From positions 150,001 to 182,000 of the forward strand of contig CP061211.1 of the NCBI GenBank assembly GCA_026016245.1: a DNA stretch of 32,000 bases, in the 5' to 3' direction. Both the position numbers and the translations under genes were made by a program. Positions 1 to 7,794 of the stretch are shown here, piece after piece. Numbering within the stretch: position 1 is the first letter of the stretch; each line of letters opens with the position of its first letter. Below the pieces are notes generated by a model that saw nothing but the letters and a program-made list of their open reading frames with translations, had not been told where the DNA came from and did not search any database. Source of the DNA: Candidatus Pacearchaeota archaeon (GTDB taxonomy: Archaea > Nanobdellota > Nanobdellia > Pacearchaeales > UBA284).

Positions 1-26
1 CAGTTAATGTAAGTACTGGCTATGGA

Positions 27-773
27 ATGAGTGAAGTAGTACCTGCCACTTCCTACTTTACTAAATGGAAGGGAAAGCTGACCCAAGATAAATTAAGCAT
101 TGGTTATAATGAAGAAAAAAATATTGGAGCTATAAAATTTGAAGCTGATGGTAACAGAGAAATAAGAGATACAGGAGTTTATTATTTATCCAATGTCATA
201 AATCTTATTGTTTTTAAAGGACGTAGGTTGGATGAGTCTAATTTGGATAGGTATACAAATCCCCTCATAAAAGAAGCTTTAGAAATTTTAAGAAAAGATC
301 TTGAACCAGTAAGGACAAACAGAACAATTCAACAAGTAATAGAAAATACAAAAATAGATGAGCCTGAGAGATTAAAGTGCGAACCTAAAAAATTTGATTT
401 TTTGGGGGAACTAGGAGACTTGGTTGGATATATGGATAATCTTGTTGCAGAGAAAGGTGGGTTTGCTGGCATGAGCATAGTTGATCAGCAATATGAGGCT
501 CCTGACAACAAGAATGCTGGAGAAATTATTATTAAAAAGAGATCTGAAATTTCAGATTTTGTTGATAAGTATCAATTAAGTGAGTTAGGTGCAATAGCCA
601 AAGGAGCGATCATTATTAATGCTCTTCTTGAAAGCAGGATAGATGAAGCTCTAGCTCTTGCTAAGTATCTTCCTGATAACTATAAAGAAAAAGTTTATTC
701 AATTGTTGAGGATATCCAACAGAATTATTCTCAAAATAATAAATTAAATCAAAACAACTTGAAAGGGGGTTAA
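27..773 (+). CDS. hypothetical protein; may be the 3' part of a longer gene
   Basis: 248-codon ORF. No in-frame stop between nt 3 and the ATG at 27, so the frame is open to the window edge. Composition matches neighbouring genes and the next + strand gene starts 4 nt after its stop. No motif recognised. Confidence 0.5.
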   Translation: MSEVVPATSYFTKWKGKLTQDKLSIGYNEEKNIGAIKFEADGNREIRDTGVYYLSNVINLIVFKGRRLDESNLDRYTNPLIKEALEILRKDLEPVRTNRTIQQVIENTKIDEPERLKCEPKKFDFLGELGDLVGYMDNLVAEKGGFAGMSIVDQQYEAPDNKNAGEIIIKKRSEISDFVDKYQLSELGAIAKGAIIINALLESRIDEALALAKYLPDNYKEKVYSIVEDIQQNYSQNNKLNQNNLKGG

Positions 774-776
774 AAA

Positions 777-1664
777 ATGAAATTTATAGCTTTATTAATG
801 GCCCTTGTTTTAGTAATTGCAATGCTTCCTTCAACTTTTGCTGTTGGAGTAAAGCCTATATGGACAACTGAAAGTGTTAAAAGTATAAGAGAGAAATTTA
901 CAGAGCAGAGCACTTTTAGAGAACAAATCAAGCAGCAGATTCAGGATTGTAAAGACAGGGAGGATGAAGAGTGTATGGCTATAAAAGAGGCTGCTCAACA
1001 ACTTACAAAAAATATTCTTTTGAGAGTATGTTCAAGAAGTGAGGATATTTTTGAGAGGTTTGAAGATAGGATAGAGAAGGATCCAAAACTGACTGAGGAA
1101 GAGAAAGATGTATTGAAAGAATCTCTACAGAACCAGAAAGACCAATTAGAAGAGATCTGCGAAGATATTGAAGATGCAGATGAAGAAAGACTTAAGGAAA
1201 TTGTTGCAGAGATTAGGGCCTTGATAAAAGGAACTCATCTGAAATTTAGGATTGCAAGAAAACTTGTCCTTTTGCATAGAATGGGCTTGATTATTGAGAG
1301 GGCTGAACATCTTGAAACAAAACTAGATGATTTTATAGAGAAATGGAATTGTACAAATACAACCAACATAGATCCTCTTGTAGAACAATTTAACAGCCAG
1401 ATAGCAGAGGCAAGAGAATCTTATAATGAAAGCAGAGATTTATGGGGCCAGTTTATAGAAACTGTACAAAATCATGAACCAGACACTGAAATACTTAGAG
1501 AAGCTCAGTCAAAGATGCAAGAAGCTCAGTCAAAGCTAAAAGAAGCTCATAAAACTCTTAAAGAAATAATTCAGGAATTAAGAAAGTGTAGAGAAGCTAG
1601 TGGAGAGGAAGAAGAGCCTGAAGAAGAACCAGAGGAAGAGGAAGAAGAGGAGCCAGAAGAGTAA
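777..1664 (+). CDS. predicted secreted or membrane-anchored coiled-coil protein with a poly-acidic C-terminal tail
   Basis: N-terminal hydrophobic signal-like segment MKFIALLMALVLVIAMLPSTFAVG. Long E/K/Q/L-rich helical region. C-terminal EEEEPEEEPEEEEEEEPEE. Several Cys residues. No catalytic motif recognised. Confidence 0.6.
   Translation: MKFIALLMALVLVIAMLPSTFAVGVKPIWTTESVKSIREKFTEQSTFREQIKQQIQDCKDREDEECMAIKEAAQQLTKNILLRVCSRSEDIFERFEDRIEKDPKLTEEEKDVLKESLQNQKDQLEEICEDIEDADEERLKEIVAEIRALIKGTHLKFRIARKLVLLHRMGLIIERAEHLETKLDDFIEKWNCTNTTNIDPLVEQFNSQIAEARESYNESRDLWGQFIETVQNHEPDTEILREAQSKMQEAQSKLKEAHKTLKEIIQELRKCREASGEEEEPEEEPEEEEEEEPEE
1500..1551 (+). repeat. 21-nt in-frame tandem duplication (about 2.5 copies) inside the coiled-coil ORF
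   Basis: gaagctcagtcaaagatgcaa / gaagctcagtcaaagctaaaa / gaagctcata, encoding EAQSKMQ-EAQSKLK-EAH. Confidence 0.8.
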
Positions 1665-1672
1665 ATAAGAAA

Positions 1673-1882
1673 ATGGAATCAAGAATACTTATGATAGTTT
1701 TAGTTATTATGCTCCTCTTGACACTTTTTCTTGTTTCAGGTGCTGGTTGTGGTGAAGAAGAAGTCAGTGCAGAAAGTCTAGATTCAGAATTAAGTGATTT
1801 GGAAAGCATGAGTCAGGCTCTTAATGATTTGGAGTTTGATATGAATGAATCAGAGTTAGATGATTTAGAAGGGATTATCTAA
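1673..1882 (+). CDS. small acidic protein with an N-terminal transmembrane or lipoprotein-like signal
   Basis: 69 aa. Hydrophobic N-terminus ILMIVLVIMLLLTLFLVSGAGC followed by a D/E/S-rich tail. The Cys after VSGAG loosely resembles a lipobox. Starts 9 nt after the previous stop. Confidence 0.45.
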   Translation: MESRILMIVLVIMLLLTLFLVSGAGCGEEEVSAESLDSELSDLESMSQALNDLEFDMNESELDDLEGII

Positions 1883-2252
1883 TCTCTTTCTTTTTATTTT
1901 TATAAATACCCTCAACTATCCCTTCTGCGAATTTTTTTGAATCTTTTGGGGTTGAGTCATAAAAAGAAATTTTATATTCATGAGGAATTTCACTTAATAT
2001 CCCCCATAATTCATTTTTTGTTAAATCAGAAGGCAAGGCTATATATGCATTTCCTATTATATAAGCTGTAATGTCTCTGTCATTTCTAGTTCCAATAGTT
2101 TGAGGATTAAATACATGAATATCTTTTACTTTTACATCAATCCCCCTGCCTAAAGTTTCTTTTATATTCCATATCACTACTCCTTTCCAATTAAAATTAA
2201 GATCAAGACCTATCTGGATAAAATTCCGTAATTCTTCAATTAGATTTGTCAT
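1875..2252 (-). CDS. hypothetical protein
   Basis: 125-codon ORF filling the gap between convergent neighbours. Overlaps the + strand ORF by 8 nt at the stops. No motif recognised. Confidence 0.5.
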   Translation of the reverse strand: MTNLIEELRNFIQIGLDLNFNWKGVVIWNIKETLGRGIDVKVKDIHVFNPQTIGTRNDRDITAYIIGNAYIALPSDLTKNELWGILSEIPHEYKISFYDSTPKDSKKFAEGIVEGIYKNKKKEIR

Positions 2253-2295
2253 TTTTATTTAATTATAGAAATACAAGGAAGAAATTTTTAAAGAT

Positions 2296-2994
2296 TTATA
2301 TTCTAAGATGTATCTGTTCAAAATAAGGTTTAAGTGCTTTCTGAAATTTTTTAAGCTCTTGTTTTGTATAAGGTTCTATTTTTTCATAGTGCTCGATTAG
2401 TGTGTTTTGTGGCTGGAATTGCTGTAAAGAGAATAATTTGTTTGCTTGACTTTCTTTCAGATATTGTGCTATTTCCATCAGCTTTTCTTCTGTAATGATC
2501 CCTGGCACGCAAGTAGTTCTAAACTCATAATTTTTTATTTGTTTGATGATTTCTATTGATTGTTTTATTTGCTCTATATCTATTATTCTTTGGGCGACTC
2601 TTTCATAATCATCTTGCTTTATGGTTGTTTTAATGTCCATTGCTATGTAATCCACAAGTTTGTTTTTTATTAGGGTTTGAAGCATTTCTGGATTTGAGCC
2701 ATTTGTATCTATCTTAATTAGGAATCCTAGTTCTTTGATTTTCTTGCAGAATTCTGGCAAATCATTATAGATTGTGGGCTCTCCTCCACAAATAACGACT
2801 GCATCAATGAATCTTTTTCTTTTTTCCAGATAAGAGAAAATTTCTTCTTCAGATATTGCTGGCACTTTTTTTAGCACAAGCTGGGGATTATAACAGAAAG
2901 GGCATCTAAAATTACAGCCTTGGACAAAGATTGTTGAGGAAATTTTTTTAGGATAATCTATTAAAGTAACTTTTTGAAAACCACCTATTATCAT
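2296..2994 (-). CDS. nrdG: anaerobic ribonucleoside-triphosphate reductase activating protein (radical SAM)
   Basis: Radical-SAM cluster motif CNFRCPFCYNP (CxxxCxxC) near the N-terminus, GGEP motif (VICGGEPT), about 230 aa. Lies immediately downstream of nrdD on the same strand (19-nt gap). Confidence 0.92.
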   Translation of the reverse strand: MIIGGFQKVTLIDYPKKISSTIFVQGCNFRCPFCYNPQLVLKKVPAISEEEIFSYLEKRKRFIDAVVICGGEPTIYNDLPEFCKKIKELGFLIKIDTNGSNPEMLQTLIKNKLVDYIAMDIKTTIKQDDYERVAQRIIDIEQIKQSIEIIKQIKNYEFRTTCVPGIITEEKLMEIAQYLKESQANKLFSLQQFQPQNTLIEHYEKIEPYTKQELKKFQKALKPYFEQIHLRI

Positions 2995-3013
2995 TCTTTC
3001 CTTTTTCTTTCCT

Positions 3014-6000
3014 TTAATCTTTTATAGGGATTGTTTTAAGTGTTGTATCAAAAGTTTTTCTGTCAGTGAATTCTGTTCTCTTTCCATTGTTCCATTGATC
3101 TACTGGTCGAAGATAGCCAACAACTCTAGAATAAACCTCACACTTATTTTTGCATTGCGGGCATAGGAAATGTTGTCCAAAAAAGTAGCCATGTTTGGTA
3201 CAGATGCTGAATGTTGGTGTTATAGTGAAATATGGAAGTCTAAAGTTTTCGCAAACTTTTTTTAATAGAGCCTTGATTGCTTCTTTTGATGGCATGCTCT
3301 CCCCAATAAAAGCATGAAAAACTGTTCCTCCAGTGTATTTTGTTTGTAATGGATCCTGTAGTTCTAAAGCAAGAAAAAGATCATTAGTGTAGTTAACTGG
3401 TAGATTTGTTGAGTTAGTATAATAAGGGTCAGCCCCATTTTCCACTGCAGCATTGTTAGCTACAATTATATCAGGAAATGCTTTTTTGTCTATCTTTGCT
3501 AATCTATAACTTGCTCCTTCAGCTGGCGTAGCTTCTAAATTGTAAAGATCATTTGTTTCTTTTTGATATTTTATTATTTCTCCCCTCATAAAGTCAAGAA
3601 CTGATTCAGCAAATTTCCTACCTCTTTCTGTTCCAATATCCAGATTAAATAAATTCATACAAGCTTCATTCATTCCTAATAAGCCAATAGTTGAGAAATG
3701 ATTCACCCAGTATTTATTATAAACTTTTTTTATTTCCCTCAAATAGAATTTTGCATAGGGATACAAGCCTCTGTCAGTAAATTCCTCAAGAACCTTTCTT
3801 TTTATTTCTAGACTTTCCTTTGCTATATTCATTAACTTTCCGAGTTTTTCAAAAAATTCTTCCTCGTTTTTTGTCAAATAACCTATCCTTGGCAAATTTA
3901 TTGTTACTACTCCTATTGAATTACCGCACCAGCTAACTTTTCCATTTCTTCTAACAAAGACGGTGTGATTTTTTACTTCACAACAATAGATTTTTCCTTC
4001 ATAATAAGCTTTTTTGATATTTCTTTTTCTTAGCCTATAATGTTTTGCTTTTTGAACTCCAAGAACATAAATAACCCCAGCTTTTATTTTCCTTCCTTTG
4101 ATTTGAGAAACTTTTTTCTTTTGAGATATACTTGTTCCTAGCCATCCTAATTTCATAATTATTTCCTGTAAATCATCTGCTAATCTTTTAGAAGGAGTCC
4201 AATAATTTATTTGACCAGTAATTTTTCTAACATAACCATCACCTTTTACCATCCAATCAAATAAGATTTTCAACTGTCTTTTACTTAATCTTTTAATTTC
4301 CTTTGGGATAAACTTTTCATATTTATTTCCAAATTGTCGTAAATAAGTCCATAACTGCTTATTACAAATTACAAAATTTATTGCCCTTTCTATATAATAA
4401 TTAAAAGGTAAAGAGTCTAAAACTCTTTTAATCTCTTCTTTTTTCTTTTTATTTACTTGGCTAATCACAGTCCTATAACCATGGTTTTTAGCACTTTTTT
4501 CATTATCAGTACATCCTTCAGCTAACCAGAATCCAAAGAAGCGCAGCCAATTATCCATCTCAATTTTTAAAGCATCTCGATACACCTTGTAAGGAGTTCT
4601 TCCCTGCCTTCCATATTTTGTAAATTTAATTCCAGGCAAAATAAACCATGTTGTCTCTTCTCCTCTCCAAATACCTTGTTTTGGGATACGTTGATTATTA
4701 AAATCAAAATCTTTTGCTTCTACAAACTTTCTTTTACCACTCCCTACTTGGTCTACTACCATTCGATGATTTGGGGTGACTAATAAATCCATGGATTTTG
4801 TTTTAAATTGGCACATTTCTCCTTTATGGTTATATTTGAAAAGTTTTTTTGGTTTATGCAATTCAATTTCATTATTCCTAACTAATGTAAATATCATTTC
4901 ATTTTTGGTTAAATCTTTAAAAAGTTTCCAGCCATTTTCTGTTAAAATTTCTGTTTTTTCATCATAACAACCAGTCAAAGGATTTGCTCCGAATAATCCC
5001 CCCCCTCTTTTAACAAGCTCTCTGTTATCTAACCTTAAGCGGCAACACATACTTCTCGCATCTTCTGGTTTCATATCACTATTAATGAAATTTGAAAAAT
5101 AAGGTATACCATATTTTGCTGTCATTTCCCATATTTTGTCATATTTTGGACTGTTCCATGCAAAATCTTTTGTGATGTTGTATGTGGGAATAGGAAATGT
5201 AAATACTCTATCAACATCATCACCACCAGTATAAACTTCAGTGAGAGCCTGATTAAAAATATCCATCTCTTCCTGGAAATCACCATAAGTTTCTTTCATT
5301 GGGTTTCCTCCTATAATTACTGGCTCGTTTCTCATGAATTCTGGCACTTTCAAATCAAGAGTTATATTTGTGAAAGGTGTATTTCCTGTTATGAATACCT
5401 TGCCATTTCTTCTTGCAATAACTGTTCCGTTTTCAGTATTAGGACACCAGATTGTTCCTAAGTATCTTATCTTTTTGATTTTATTTATGTAAGTATCCTT
5501 GTGTTTTATCAGCCTTAGCACATAAATGGTTTTGGTTCCAATTGTTGGTTTTCTTTCTAAAATAGTTGACCCATATCCTGCATTTGATGCAATTGCCTGT
5601 AAATCATTTAAAATGTCTATGTTAGAAGTTGCAATCTTACAATTCTCAGAGCCTTCAGCTTTCAGGTAATTATCTATAAACAATTCAGACTGACGCTGGC
5701 TCATATCTAATAGAATTTTTGGAATAAAGCTAATACTTGCTTTACTGAACCATTTATGTATTATTTTTGATGATGCAGCATTTAATCTTATTCTCTGAAC
5801 TGGTTTTCCTAAGCCATGTTGAGTATATTCAGAATACTTTAATTTGAAATGTTTTAGCAATTTTTTTATTTCTTCATAATTTTTCTTGTTTTTTATTTCT
5901 GATTGATAAATACTAACTCTATAACAGCATCTGTGTTTGCCTGGTTTTTCTATACTCCCTTCTCCAATTATCCATGCTATTAATTTAATTTGTTCATCAC

Positions 6001-7165
6001 TTACTGGAATGTCTTTCTTAGAATTTTTAGCTGCTATTGGTACAATAAAATGTGATTTTAATTTTATGACTTTTTCAATTGGTTCTAAAACATAATTATT
6101 AGTATTAAATTTTTTTCTTACGACTTTATGTCTAGGGGAAATTAATTGGTCTTGTATCCTATTTTTTAAATTATACATAACCCCTTCATATTCCTTTTTA
6201 AATACACTATTTACTTTTGTGTTTTCTATCACTTTTTTTTCTATATTGAATGTTTTTATTATCATATCTTTTTTTATTTCATTATATTTTTTCCATCCAT
6301 TAATAGTCAGTATTTCTGTATCTTCTGAAATACACTGAAATCCTACACGAGTTGGAACATTTACATTAAACATGAATTCCTGCAAAGCTTGTTTAACTTC
6401 TTTATAACCTAAACCATCATATCGAATAAATGGCGCTAAAAGAGTATCAAAGTTTGATAAAGCTTGGGCACCTGCAGCTTCTCCTTGAAGTGTATAGAAA
6501 AAATTAACAACTTGGCCTAAAGCTACTTTGAAGTGTTTTGCTGGTTTACTATCTATTTTTCCATAAACACCTTTGAATCCTGTCAAAAGCAAATCTTTAA
6601 GATCCCATCCAACACAATATGGAGCAAGAACACCTAAATCATGAACATGAAATGTTCCACTTGTGTGGGCCTCTCTTATTTCTGGGGGATAAATCTTTTT
6701 TAGCCAGTATTGTGATGTTATGAAAGAAGAGACATGATAATTAAGTCCTTGAAGAGAATAAGCCATGTTAGAATTCTCCTTGATACGCCAGTCCTGACCC
6801 GTCAGATATTCCTCTACTTTTTTTGTATTTGTCAAGAGTTCAGAAACTTTTCTTATGTCCTCGTGCTGTTTTCTGTAAAGAATGTAAGATTTGGCTGTTT
6901 CAACATAATTATTTCTCATTAAAACTCTCTCAACAACATCCTGGATACTTTCAACACTAGAGATTTGGCCAGGAGCAAGCTGGTCTTCTATTATGATAGT
7001 AACTTTATGTGCAAGAGTTTCAGCTATCCTCTTGTTTTCTATTTCATCTTTCCCAGTCTCTTTTGTAGCATTAAGTGCTTTTTCAATAGCAACAGCTATT
7101 TTTCCAAGATTGAATTCTGCGATAGAACCATCTCTTTTACGAATCTCTTTTAAAATTTTAGCCAC
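3014..7165 (-). CDS. nrdD: class III anaerobic ribonucleoside-triphosphate reductase, interrupted in frame by two inteins (extein about 715 aa)
   Basis: N-terminal ATP-cone (IRKRDGSIAEFNLGKI...YILYRKQ). Conserved CCRL motif. C-terminal Cys cluster (CTKHG...CPQCKNKC). Glycyl-radical motif RVVGYLRPV, with the Gly codon at 3116-3118. 1383 aa minus 318 and 350 intein residues gives an NrdD-sized protein. The ORF-track start is a GTG at 7163-7165. Confidence 0.97.
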   Translation of the reverse strand: MAKILKEIRKRDGSIAEFNLGKIAVAIEKALNATKETGKDEIENKRIAETLAHKVTIIIEDQLAPGQISSVESIQDVVERVLMRNNYVETAKSYILYRKQHEDIRKVSELLTNTKKVEEYLTGQDWRIKENSNMAYSLQGLNYHVSSFITSQYWLKKIYPPEIREAHTSGTFHVHDLGVLAPYCVGWDLKDLLLTGFKGVYGKIDSKPAKHFKVALGQVVNFFYTLQGEAAGAQALSNFDTLLAPFIRYDGLGYKEVKQALQEFMFNVNVPTRVGFQCISEDTEILTINGWKKYNEIKKDMIIKTFNIEKKVIENTKVNSVFKKEYEGVMYNLKNRIQDQLISPRHKVVRKKFNTNNYVLEPIEKVIKLKSHFIVPIAAKNSKKDIPVSDEQIKLIAWIIGEGSIEKPGKHRCCYRVSIYQSEIKNKKNYEEIKKLLKHFKLKYSEYTQHGLGKPVQRIRLNAASSKIIHKWFSKASISFIPKILLDMSQRQSELFIDNYLKAEGSENCKIATSNIDILNDLQAIASNAGYGSTILERKPTIGTKTIYVLRLIKHKDTYINKIKKIRYLGTIWCPNTENGTVIARRNGKVFITGNTPFTNITLDLKVPEFMRNEPVIIGGNPMKETYGDFQEEMDIFNQALTEVYTGGDDVDRVFTFPIPTYNITKDFAWNSPKYDKIWEMTAKYGIPYFSNFINSDMKPEDARSMCCRLRLDNRELVKRGGGLFGANPLTGCYDEKTEILTENGWKLFKDLTKNEMIFTLVRNNEIELHKPKKLFKYNHKGEMCQFKTKSMDLLVTPNHRMVVDQVGSGKRKFVEAKDFDFNNQRIPKQGIWRGEETTWFILPGIKFTKYGRQGRTPYKVYRDALKIEMDNWLRFFGFWLAEGCTDNEKSAKNHGYRTVISQVNKKKKEEIKRVLDSLPFNYYIERAINFVICNKQLWTYLRQFGNKYEKFIPKEIKRLSKRQLKILFDWMVKGDGYVRKITGQINYWTPSKRLADDLQEIIMKLGWLGTSISQKKKVSQIKGRKIKAGVIYVLGVQKAKHYRLRKRNIKKAYYEGKIYCCEVKNHTVFVRRNGKVSWCGNSIGVVTINLPRIGYLTKNEEEFFEKLGKLMNIAKESLEIKRKVLEEFTDRGLYPYAKFYLREIKKVYNKYWVNHFSTIGLLGMNEACMNLFNLDIGTERGRKFAESVLDFMRGEIIKYQKETNDLYNLEATPAEGASYRLAKIDKKAFPDIIVANNAAVENGADPYYTNSTNLPVNYTNDLFLALELQDPLQTKYTGGTVFHAFIGESMPSKEAIKALLKKVCENFRLPYFTITPTFSICTKHGYFFGQHFLCPQCKNKCEVYSRVVGYLRPVDQWNNGKRTEFTDRKTFDTTLKTIPIKD
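3920..4969 (-). mobile_element. intein 2 in NrdD (aa 733-1082, 350 aa) with a LAGLIDADG homing-endonuclease domain
   Basis: Starts with Cys (NPLTG|CYDEKTEILTENGWK). Block-B TPNH. LAGLIDADG motifs (FFGFWLAEGC, LFDWMVKGDGY). Ends ...RRNGKVSWCGN|S. Boundary codons checked in DNA: TGT at 4967-4969 and AAT at 3920-3922. Confidence 0.9.
5381..6334 (-). mobile_element. intein 1 in NrdD (aa 278-595, 318 aa) with a LAGLIDADG homing-endonuclease domain
   Basis: Starts with Cys (GFQ|CISEDTEILTINGWK). Block-B-like SPRH. Two LAGLIDADG motifs (LIAWIIGEGS, FIDNYLKAEGS). Ends ...RRNGKVFITGN|T. Boundary codons checked in DNA: TGT at 6332-6334 and AAT at 5381-5383. The flanks rejoin to give conserved NrdD sequence. 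Confidence 0.9.
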
Positions 7166-7175
7166 CTCCTAACTG

Positions 7176-7613
7176 TTATTTTTTCCCTAACTCTTTTATT
7201 GTTTTTCTAAAATCCCCAATATCCTCAAATTCTCTATATACAGAAGCAAATCGAATATAAGCAACTTTATCAATCTTTTTCAATTTTTTCATGACCATTT
7301 CTCCTATGATTTTGCTTGGAATTTCAGGGCCATATCCCCTGATTCTTGTCTCTATCTCTGCAACAGCCTTTTCTATCGTTTCCTGACTTACAGGCCTTTT
7401 TTCGCAAGCTTTCATCATCCCTATCAAAAGCTTCTCTCTATCAAAGGGTTCTCTTCTCTCATCTTTTTTTATTACTCTCATATTTGTCTCTATCCTTTCA
7501 TATGTGGTAAATCTCTTTTTACATTTCAAACATTCACGTCTTCTCCTAGTGATGTTTTCTGTATCTCTTTTATCCAAAACTTTTGTATTTCCAGAGCAAT
7601 AAGGACATTTCAT
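7176..7613 (-). CDS. nrdR: NrdR transcriptional repressor (zinc ribbon plus ATP-cone)
   Basis: N-terminal CPYC...CLKC zinc ribbon followed by RFTTYE. ATP-cone with the near-invariant DKVAYIRFASVYREFEDI. 145 aa. Its stop lies 10 nt upstream of the nrdD start. Confidence 0.92.
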   Translation of the reverse strand: MKCPYCSGNTKVLDKRDTENITRRRRECLKCKKRFTTYERIETNMRVIKKDERREPFDREKLLIGMMKACEKRPVSQETIEKAVAEIETRIRGYGPEIPSKIIGEMVMKKLKKIDKVAYIRFASVYREFEDIGDFRKTIKELGKK

Positions 7614-7632
7614 TTTTGATTTATTTTTAAAA

Positions 7633-7648
7633 ACACAATATCTTGTGT
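7633..7648. promoter_or_regulatory. NrdR box 1 (16-bp palindrome ACACAATATCTTGTGT)
   Basis: Matches the NrdR-box consensus as I recall it (acaCwAtATaTwGtgt) at 15 of 16 positions, with perfect ACACAA/TTGTGT arms. Lies 20-35 nt upstream of the nrdR ATG. Confidence 0.7.
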
Positions 7649-7664
7649 CCTCTTTTAATATAAA

Positions 7665-7680
7665 ACTACATATAGTATGT
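7665..7680. promoter_or_regulatory. NrdR box 2, degenerate (ACTACATATAGTATGT)
   Basis: About 11 of 16 matches to the consensus, AT-rich core conserved. Centre is 32 bp from the centre of box 1, which fits the roughly three-helical-turn spacing of tandem NrdR boxes. It directly abuts the predicted TATA box. Confidence 0.45.
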
Positions 7681-7690
7681 TATTTATAAA
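7681..7690 (-). promoter_or_regulatory. TATA box of the nrdR-nrdD-nrdG operon (minus strand reads AAAG-TTTATAAATA)
   Basis: The same 10-mer TTTATAAATA preceded by AAG recurs upstream of two other genes (22721, 23871). Here it is 77 nt from the ATG, implying a 5' UTR of about 45 nt that contains NrdR box 1. Confidence 0.5.
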
Positions 7691-7794
7691 CTTTGTGGTT
7701 TTAAAATTCAAAGGTTTAAAAGAATATTGTTTTATTTTGTATATTTTATAATGTGATAAAACTTATAAAAATCTTTGTATGATAGACCTATATT

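Noticed and set aside
1597-1809. 70-aa minus-strand ORF overlapping the end of the coiled-coil gene and the small acidic ORF
   Set aside because: It is antisense to two better-supported + strand genes. Its L/P/S-rich translation derives from the complement of the poly-Glu tract.
3014-7165. Small + strand ORFs within nrdD (4776-4967, 6734-6922, 6965-7153)
   Set aside because: They are antisense to a gene and inteins with strong motif support, have no signals of their own, and are short and F/L/S-rich.
7691-7725. Imperfect inverted repeat AAACTTTG...CAAAGGTTT just upstream of the nrdR TATA box, considered as a possible additional operator
   Set aside because: The arms are short and imperfect in a very AT-rich spacer, and it has no resemblance to the NrdR box. 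It cannot be distinguished from chance.
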